Shown here in pieces: positions 57,996-64,000 of a DNA stretch of 64,000 nucleotides. The DNA comes from an uncultured Acidobacteriota bacterium. Lineage in GTDB: Bacteria > Acidobacteriota > Vicinamibacteria > Vicinamibacterales > UBA8438. The stretch is taken from assembly GCA_913043225.1 (NCBI GenBank), contig CAJWLU010000001.1, positions 320,001 through 384,000 on the forward strand, given 5' to 3'. A model generated the notes under the pieces. That model was not told where the DNA came from. It saw only the letters and a list, made by a program, of their open reading frames with translations, and ran no database searches. Position numbers and translations under genes: made by a program. Positions within the stretch are counted from its first letter, which is position 1. Every line of letters starts with the position of its first letter.

Positions 57996-60107
57996 ATGCA
58001 AACAGGCGAAGTAAACGTCGGCGGCCGCCCGTTGACCATCGAAACCGGTAAGCTGGCCAAACAGGCCAACGGATCGGTCATTGTGAGACAGGGAGACACC
58101 ATGGTGCTCGTGACGGCGTGCTATGCGCCCAACGAGCGGGAGGGCATCGACTTTCTTCCCCTGACCGTGGACTATCGCGAGAACACCTACGCCTCAGGAC
58201 GAATCCCCGGAGGCTTCTTCAAGCGAGAGGGCAAACCTCCTGAAAAAGAGGTCCTGACGAGCCGTCTTATCGACCGGCCGATTCGCCCGCTCTTCCCGGA
58301 TGGATGGCGGCGAGAGACCCAGGTAGTTGCCTTCGTCATCTCCGCGGACAAGGAGAACGACTCGGACGTGCTGGCGCTCACAGGCGCGTCCGCTGCGCTC
58401 GCGCTCTCTGAAGTTCCATTCCAGGCAACGATTGCCGCTGTGCGTGTCGGTCTCGTCGATGACGAGCTCATCATCAACCCGACCTACGAACAGCGGCGAC
58501 AGGGACGGCTCGACCTCACGGTCGCGGGGAGCAAGGATGCGCTCGTCATGGTCGAAGCGGGGGCAAAGGAAGTCTCCGAAGAAGACATGGTGCGGGCACT
58601 CGATGCAGGCCATGCTGCCATCCGAGACATCATCGGCACGATCGATACGCTGGCTGCCAGCGCGGGCAAGGCAAAACTTGAGATCAGTGCCCCCACACCG
58701 GATCCGGAGGTCACCTCGGAGGTCGAAGCCAAGCTGCTTGGTCCACTGGCAGACGCCATGCGGATCCAGGACAAGCTGGAGAGCTACGCGGCGGTCGACA
58801 AGGTCCTGAACGACCACCTAAAAACACTTCCGGAAGAGGACTCCGCTCGCCGCGCCGACACCAAGTCGGTCTTCAAGGCGCTCAAGGAAAAAGTACTGCG
58901 AGACGAAATACTGGACCGCGGTCAGCGTCTGGACGGTCGGGCATTTGACGAGATCAGGACGATCACGTGCGATGTGGGCCTGCTCCCGCGCGCGCACGGA
59001 TCAGCGGTGTTCACCCGGGGTGAAACCCAGGCGCTGGTCACCTCCACACTCGGCACGGCTGACGACCAACAAAAGGTCGAAATGGTCGACGGCGAGATCT
59101 ACCGGCGCTTCATGCTGCACTACAACTTTCCACCATTTTCGGTGGGTGAGGTCAAGTTTCTCAGGGGCCCGGGCCGCCGAGAGATCGGTCACGGGAACCT
59201 GGCCGAGCGCAGCCTGCTGCCGGTCGTACCCGGCGAGGAGACCTTCCCGTACACCGTAAGAGTCGTCTCCGACATCCTCGAGTCGAACGGCTCGTCATCG
59301 ATGGCGTCGGTGTGCGGCGGCACGCTTGCCATGATGGACGCCGGCGTCCCCCTGAAGGCGCCGGTGGCGGGCGTGGCCATGGGCCTCATTCTGGATGAGG
59401 CGACCGGCCGGCACGCCGTCCTGAGCGACATCGCCGGGGCCGAAGACCACTACGGTGACATGGACTTCAAGGTAGCCGGCACCGCCGATGGCATCACGGC
59501 GCTACAGATGGACATCAAGGTCGGCGGCATCACGGGCGACATCATGCGTCAGGCACTGGCCCAGGCCCGCGCAGGTCGCATACACATCCTCGAGCGGATG
59601 GCCGCCACGCTGCAGGATCCGCGTGAGACCATCTCCACCCACGCGCCGCGTATCGTGACGATCCAGATTCCGGTCGACAAGATCCGTGACATTATCGGCC
59701 CGGGTGGCAAGACCATTCGCAGCATCGTTCAGCGCACCGGGGTCAAGATCGACGTCGAGGACGACGGTCGGGTCAACGTGGCGTCGAGTGACGATGAGTC
59801 GGCACAGAAGGCCCTCTCGATCATCGAAGAACTGACGGCCACACCGGAGCTGAACAAGAGCTACCTCGGCACGGTGCAGCGGATCACCGACTTCGGCGCG
59901 TTTGTCGAAGTTCTCCCAGGAGTTGACGGACTCCTCCACATCTCCGAAATCGCCCACTATCGGGTGAAGGAGGTACGCGACGAGCTCCAGGAGGGAGACC
60001 AGGTGCTCGTGAAGGTGATCAACGTCGACCCGTCAGGAAAAATCCGCCTGAGCCGGAAGGCACTGCTGGACAAATCGGAAGCTGCCGGAAAGCCGACGCA
60101 GTCGTAA
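57996..60107 (+). CDS. pnp: Polyribonucleotide nucleotidyltransferase
   Basis: [40 protein letters not shown] and GDMDFKVAG motifs; KH and S1 domains. Confidence 0.98.
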   Translation: MQTGEVNVGGRPLTIETGKLAKQANGSVIVRQGDTMVLVTACYAPNEREGIDFLPLTVDYRENTYASGRIPGGFFKREGKPPEKEVLTSRLIDRPIRPLFPDGWRRETQVVAFVISADKENDSDVLALTGASAALALSEVPFQATIAAVRVGLVDDELIINPTYEQRRQGRLDLTVAGSKDALVMVEAGAKEVSEEDMVRALDAGHAAIRDIIGTIDTLAASAGKAKLEISAPTPDPEVTSEVEAKLLGPLADAMRIQDKLESYAAVDKVLNDHLKTLPEEDSARRADTKSVFKALKEKVLRDEILDRGQRLDGRAFDEIRTITCDVGLLPRAHGSAVFTRGETQALVTSTLGTADDQQKVEMVDGEIYRRFMLHYNFPPFSVGEVKFLRGPGRREIGHGNLAERSLLPVVPGEETFPYTVRVVSDILESNGSSSMASVCGGTLAMMDAGVPLKAPVAGVAMGLILDEATGRHAVLSDIAGAEDHYGDMDFKVAGTADGITALQMDIKVGGITGDIMRQALAQARAGRIHILERMAATLQDPRETISTHAPRIVTIQIPVDKIRDIIGPGGKTIRSIVQRTGVKIDVEDDGRVNVASSDDESAQKALSIIEELTATPELNKSYLGTVQRITDFGAFVEVLPGVDGLLHISEIAHYRVKEVRDELQEGDQVLVKVINVDPSGKIRLSRKALLDKSEAAGKPTQS

Positions 60108-60108
60108 C

Positions 60109-61230
60109 CTAGCCGGCTCCCGACGGATTCGCCAGCTGGGACAGCCGGCGGTCAAGCGGTGGGTGGCTGTGCCAGAACAGCTCCACCATGCGGGATGGGC
60201 TGGGTTCGGCGAGGTGCTGCTCGCCAAGCCGGCGCAGGCTCGAGGCAAGCGCCGCAGGCTCGCTGCAGTAGCGCAACGCAAACCGATCGGCCCGCCGCTC
60301 GTGACGACGCGACAGCGCGTGTCCGAGCGGCGCGGCCACGATCGCGATCCCCCCGGCGGCCAGCCCCATCAGCGGCAGCGAAGCCAGGTCGGTTGCCCCG
60401 GTCACTCCCACCAACGGCCCTGCCATTGTCGCCACACGGCCCGCGGTCCATAGCGCGGCAAGCGCCACCCCGAGCTCGTAGATCGCCGTCTGCCAGAGAT
60501 CCAGGTGGACGTGGTGGCCCAGCTCGTGGGCCGTCACCGCCTCGATCTCTGCATCCGAGTAGTCGCTGAGGAATGTCTCCGAGAGCAGAATCTGTCGGCC
60601 GGCGCCGAACCCGACGAGCAGGGCGTACGCGCGACGGCCGGGCTGTCCTACCAACAGCTCGGCGACCGGAATCGGCGGAACGCCGACGCGCTCCGCCAGC
60701 GCCGTAAGTCGGCGTTGTAAGGCCGGGCGCTCCAGGGGCCGGGTGGTTGAGACCCACGGAAGGATCCAGCCTGGCGCCAAGGTGGTAATCGCGAGCGTAG
60801 TCAACGAGAACAGCACCCCGCACACGACCCACCACACCTGGGGCCACCAGAACCGAGCCGTGAAGACGACCGTCGCGGCAACCGCCACCAGTGCCACGTT
60901 CAATACCGAGGTGGTGAGCGTAGTTCTCAACCAGCTGAACGCGCGGGGCTCGGACAACCGGTAGCGTCGCTCCAGGATGACGCCCTGATAGAACCGAAAC
61001 GGAAAGAGCCACGCCTCGAGGGCGAGCCAAACAAGCCCGCCGTAGCAAGTCGGCCCATACCAGGGGGAGGCCCCGCCCGGACCGCCGGGCCAGAGAGTGA
61101 GCGTATCTCGCAGGGAAGCGGCGCCCCCCTCGACGAGGAACCCAACCAGGAGAGTCAATCCGCCAAGCACCGCGCCCGAACGGGCGCGACGACGCTGCCG
61201 GTGATAGCGAGTGGACTTGCCTTCGTTCAC
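60109..61230 (-). CDS. M48 (Ste24/HtpX-like) membrane metallopeptidase
   Basis: Multiple TM helices; AHELGH, E..AD.FA and SHPP...R motifs. Confidence 0.85.
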   Translation of the reverse strand: MNEGKSTRYHRQRRRARSGAVLGGLTLLVGFLVEGGAASLRDTLTLWPGGPGGASPWYGPTCYGGLVWLALEAWLFPFRFYQGVILERRYRLSEPRAFSWLRTTLTTSVLNVALVAVAATVVFTARFWWPQVWWVVCGVLFSLTTLAITTLAPGWILPWVSTTRPLERPALQRRLTALAERVGVPPIPVAELLVGQPGRRAYALLVGFGAGRQILLSETFLSDYSDAEIEAVTAHELGHHVHLDLWQTAIYELGVALAALWTAGRVATMAGPLVGVTGATDLASLPLMGLAAGGIAIVAAPLGHALSRRHERRADRFALRYCSEPAALASSLRRLGEQHLAEPSPSRMVELFWHSHPPLDRRLSQLANPSGAG

Positions 61231-61258
61231 GGCCGGTCGGCGGCAGGTCGTCTATGGA

Positions 61259-64000
61259 TTACGCCTGCCCGAGTTGCACCGAAATCAACTTCGAGACTCC
61301 GGGCTCCTCCATGGTCACGCCATACATCCTGTCGGCGATCTCCATCGTCTTACGATTGTGGGTAACGAGGATGAACTGGGTGTCAGTCTGCATCCCGCGA
61401 AGCATCTGCACGAACCGGCCGATGTTCGCCTCATCGAGCGGCGCGTCGATCTCGTCAAGGAGACAGAATGGGCTCGGCCTGTACTTGAAGATGGCGAACA
61501 TCAGTGCCATCGCCGACAACGCCTTCTCGCCGCCAGAGAGCAGCTGAATGCTCTGGAGGCGCTTCCCCGGGGGCTGGGCGATGATGTCGATCCCGCTCTC
61601 GAGCAGATCACTCTCGTCGAGCAGGACGAGCCCGGCGCGCCCTCCACCAAAAAGCGTAGAGAACGTCTTCTGAAAATGGAGATTGATCGCATCGAATGCC
61701 TCGCGGAACCGCTCCCGCGTCGTCCGATTGATCCGCGCGATGGCATCACCGGTAGCCTTGATCGACTCGACCAGATCCTGCCGCTGCGTGGTGAGAAACT
61801 CGTAGCGCTGATCGAGGTCGTCGAACTCCTCGATGGCCATCATATTCACCGGCCCCATCCGATCGATCTTGTCCTTCAGCGCGGCAATGCTCTCTTCCAC
61901 GCTCATGGGCCCGAGCCGCGTAGAGGCGTCGTCAGAGACCGCCTCACTATCTGATTCCTGAGCCTCGCCAGCAACCTCATCGTCCTCTTCACCCGCGCTA
62001 GGCTCGATAGAAATATTGACGACGTCGGCACTGACCAAGCCCTCGGCTTCCAGCTCGGTCATCCGGGTGGTGACTTCGGCCAGACTCATCTGCAACGTGT
62101 CCCGGCAACTTTCTTCGAGATGCCCCAGGTCACTCTCGGCGGTCGCGCGAGCCACATCAAGCTCGGCGACATGCGAACGCATCTCCTCCCGGTACGTCCT
62201 GGCCTCGCGCACCTCGCCTTCCCGGCCCTCAAGACTGGCTCGTAGGCTGAGTACCTGCTCGTCGGCCGTCTGCACGGCCGCCCGCAGGTCAGTCAGCCCG
62301 GCAATGTCGGCATCGAGCTGCTGCTTAGAACCTGCCACGGTCTCGATCAAAGCGGTACGCTCGGTACCCGCACGCGCATGATCCGCCGCCCGACGCTCCA
62401 GACGGCCTTCGAGTTCCTGACCGACCAGCTCGAGGCGCAATGCCGTTGCCTCGAGCGCCGACGCGCGCTCGACCAACGCGGCATGCGCCGCCTTGGCCTC
62501 GGCTACCTCGGTGCCCAGGGTGTCGATCGACTCGCGGGCGTCCATTACGCGACGCTGCGCGGCAGTCAGCTTCTCGTCGGCGGCTCGCTGCTCCGCCTCA
62601 AGTCTCGCGATGGACGTCTCGGCGTCGGTGCGACGCGTGTCGAGTGCCGACAGCTCTTCGTCCGTAGTCCGGCGCTCGGTCTCGATCACTTCACGCTTCC
62701 GCTCGAGACGCTCAGCGTCCTCGTCATGCGCCGCGCGCTGCATCTCGTGTCCGAGCAGCGCCTTCTCCTGCTGATGGCGTTCCTCCTGGAGTTTCTCGAG
62801 GCCTTCCTCGGTCTGCCTGACCGTGAACCCCAGCTGCGTGATCTCGGCGTTGAGCACCTCCACCTGGTATCGCTCGGATTCGATCCGCCCCTCCAACTCG
62901 CGGAGCTCTCGCTTCGTCGCGAGGATACCCAGACCGTCCTCGCTTGCTCCCCCGCTGACCAGTGTCCGCCCCCGGAACACGTCACCCTCCGGGCTGGCGA
63001 CCGGAGCCGTCGTCTCCAACGCCGCTTGCGCCGCAGCCTCGAACGAGTCGGCGAGCCAGTGCCCGGCCAGAGTCGAGCGGATAGCAGCGGCATCGGGGCC
63101 GCTCACTCGGACGACGTCCGACACCGGGCGCACACCGGGCGCGGGGGGCGCCGGCGTCGCAGCCTCGACGGGAGCGTCTGCCACCAAGAACCCCACCCGG
63201 CCCGCACCATGTCGGCGCGCCGCCTCGAGACCAGCCTGCGCATCAGCCCGTGAGGCCACGATTACGTGCTGCAGCAGGTCGCCCAGACACGCCTCGACCC
63301 CACGCTCCAGACCAGGGTCCACCTCGAGATGGTCGGCCACGGCGCCCAGGTGCCTGACGCCCGCCCCGCCGTCCGCCAACAGCGAACGAGCCGCATCCGA
63401 GTACCCGGCGCGGCTCTTCTCGAGATCGCGCAGCGAGGTCAATCGCCCATCGAGCGCCGCCAGTTGCTGCTCGCGCTCTCGCAGCGCGCCTACCCGTGTC
63501 TCGCGAGTGTTGCGAAGCGATGCCAGCTCGGCATCCCGTGCCGCGATGGCCGACTCGAGCCGCTCCAGTTCACCACGGGTAGTCCGCTCCTCCTCTGACA
63601 CCTGCCGGCGCGCCTGATCGAGGAACTCGGTCTCCGTCGCTAGATCCCTTGATTCGGCATCGAGCTTGGCCACGACTTCGCCGAGTCTCGTCTGCCCGGC
63701 GGTCGCGTGCTCGACCGCATGCCGCAGTGCCGTCACCGCATTGATAACCGCGAAGACCTCGTTTCTCGCCGCCTCGACGTCGCCTTCAAGCCCTTCGAGT
63801 GCCTGCTGCGCCTCGACCAGAGACTGTTCCTTCCGCCGCAGGGTCGTGCCAACCTCGTCGCGCTCGGTACCGCAGCGCTCGGCGTCGGCCGCGTGCGCAT
63901 CGAGCTCACGGCGCGCCGGCTCACGGCGCGCGCGGAGATCTTCGAGCTCCTCCCTCAGTTCGGTTAGCGTCACCGCCAGCGTATCGATCTGCTGGCTGTC
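61259..64000 (-). CDS. smc: Chromosome segregation protein SMC, 5'-truncated by the window edge
   Basis: Coiled coils, hinge (G.VAD.LEV, GRVGFL), GPVN..A.EEF, LSGGEK, LDEIDAPLD and QFILVTH motifs. Confidence 0.95.
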   Translation of the reverse strand, partial: DSQQIDTLAVTLTELREELEDLRARREPARRELDAHAADAERCGTERDEVGTTLRRKEQSLVEAQQALEGLEGDVEAARNEVFAVINAVTALRHAVEHATAGQTRLGEVVAKLDAESRDLATETEFLDQARRQVSEEERTTRGELERLESAIAARDAELASLRNTRETRVGALREREQQLAALDGRLTSLRDLEKSRAGYSDAARSLLADGGAGVRHLGAVADHLEVDPGLERGVEACLGDLLQHVIVASRADAQAGLEAARRHGAGRVGFLVADAPVEAATPAPPAPGVRPVSDVVRVSGPDAAAIRSTLAGHWLADSFEAAAQAALETTAPVASPEGDVFRGRTLVSGGASEDGLGILATKRELRELEGRIESERYQVEVLNAEITQLGFTVRQTEEGLEKLQEERHQQEKALLGHEMQRAAHDEDAERLERKREVIETERRTTDEELSALDTRRTDAETSIARLEAEQRAADEKLTAAQRRVMDARESIDTLGTEVAEAKAAHAALVERASALEATALRLELVGQELEGRLERRAADHARAGTERTALIETVAGSKQQLDADIAGLTDLRAAVQTADEQVLSLRASLEGREGEVREARTYREEMRSHVAELDVARATAESDLGHLEESCRDTLQMSLAEVTTRMTELEAEGLVSADVVNISIEPSAGEEDDEVAGEAQESDSEAVSDDASTRLGPMSVEESIAALKDKIDRMGPVNMMAIEEFDDLDQRYEFLTTQRQDLVESIKATGDAIARINRTTRERFREAFDAINLHFQKTFSTLFGGGRAGLVLLDESDLLESGIDIIAQPPGKRLQSIQLLSGGEKALSAMALMFAIFKYRPSPFCLLDEIDAPLDEANIGRFVQMLRGMQTDTQFILVTHNRKTMEIADRMYGVTMEEPGVSKLISVQLGQA

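Noticed and set aside
1..64000. CRISPR arrays, tRNA/rRNA genes, IS elements, integrases and prophage genes
   Set aside because: No regularly spaced repeats, cloverleaf or rRNA signatures, or transposase, integrase or phage motifs were seen by eye.

Overview
GC-rich, densely coding bacterial chromosome segment. Gene style suggests Acidobacteriota, possibly Vicinamibacteria (inference, not tested). I found no rRNA, tRNA, CRISPR array or mobile element. The right part (about 24-64 kb) is mostly housekeeping: acnA, nfo, gatCA, an rpoZ-like gene, hsp20, ymdB-xseAB-ispA-tlyA-nadK, degP, murU/amgK-like genes, asnS, rimP-nusA-infB-rbfA-nrnA-truB-rpsO-pnp and smc. The left part (about 1-22 kb) is accessory and more interesting. 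On the minus strand it carries a small secreted protein, an uncharacterised secreted protein with a heme-c motif and a predicted beta-propeller, and a PqqU/YncD-like TonB-dependent receptor. These are followed by a six-gene MoxR/VWA cluster in mxaR-S-A-C-K-L order, with no methanol dehydrogenase gene in the window, and a voltage-gated K+ channel fused to a glyoxalase/VOC domain. A cytochrome-c-fused PQQ sugar dehydrogenase and an mmsA-transporter operon lie nearby. The best candidate for an undescribed system is a PQQ-uptake plus metal-insertion module serving a periplasmic enzyme other than methanol dehydrogenase. All family calls come from motif recognition by eye; no searches were run.
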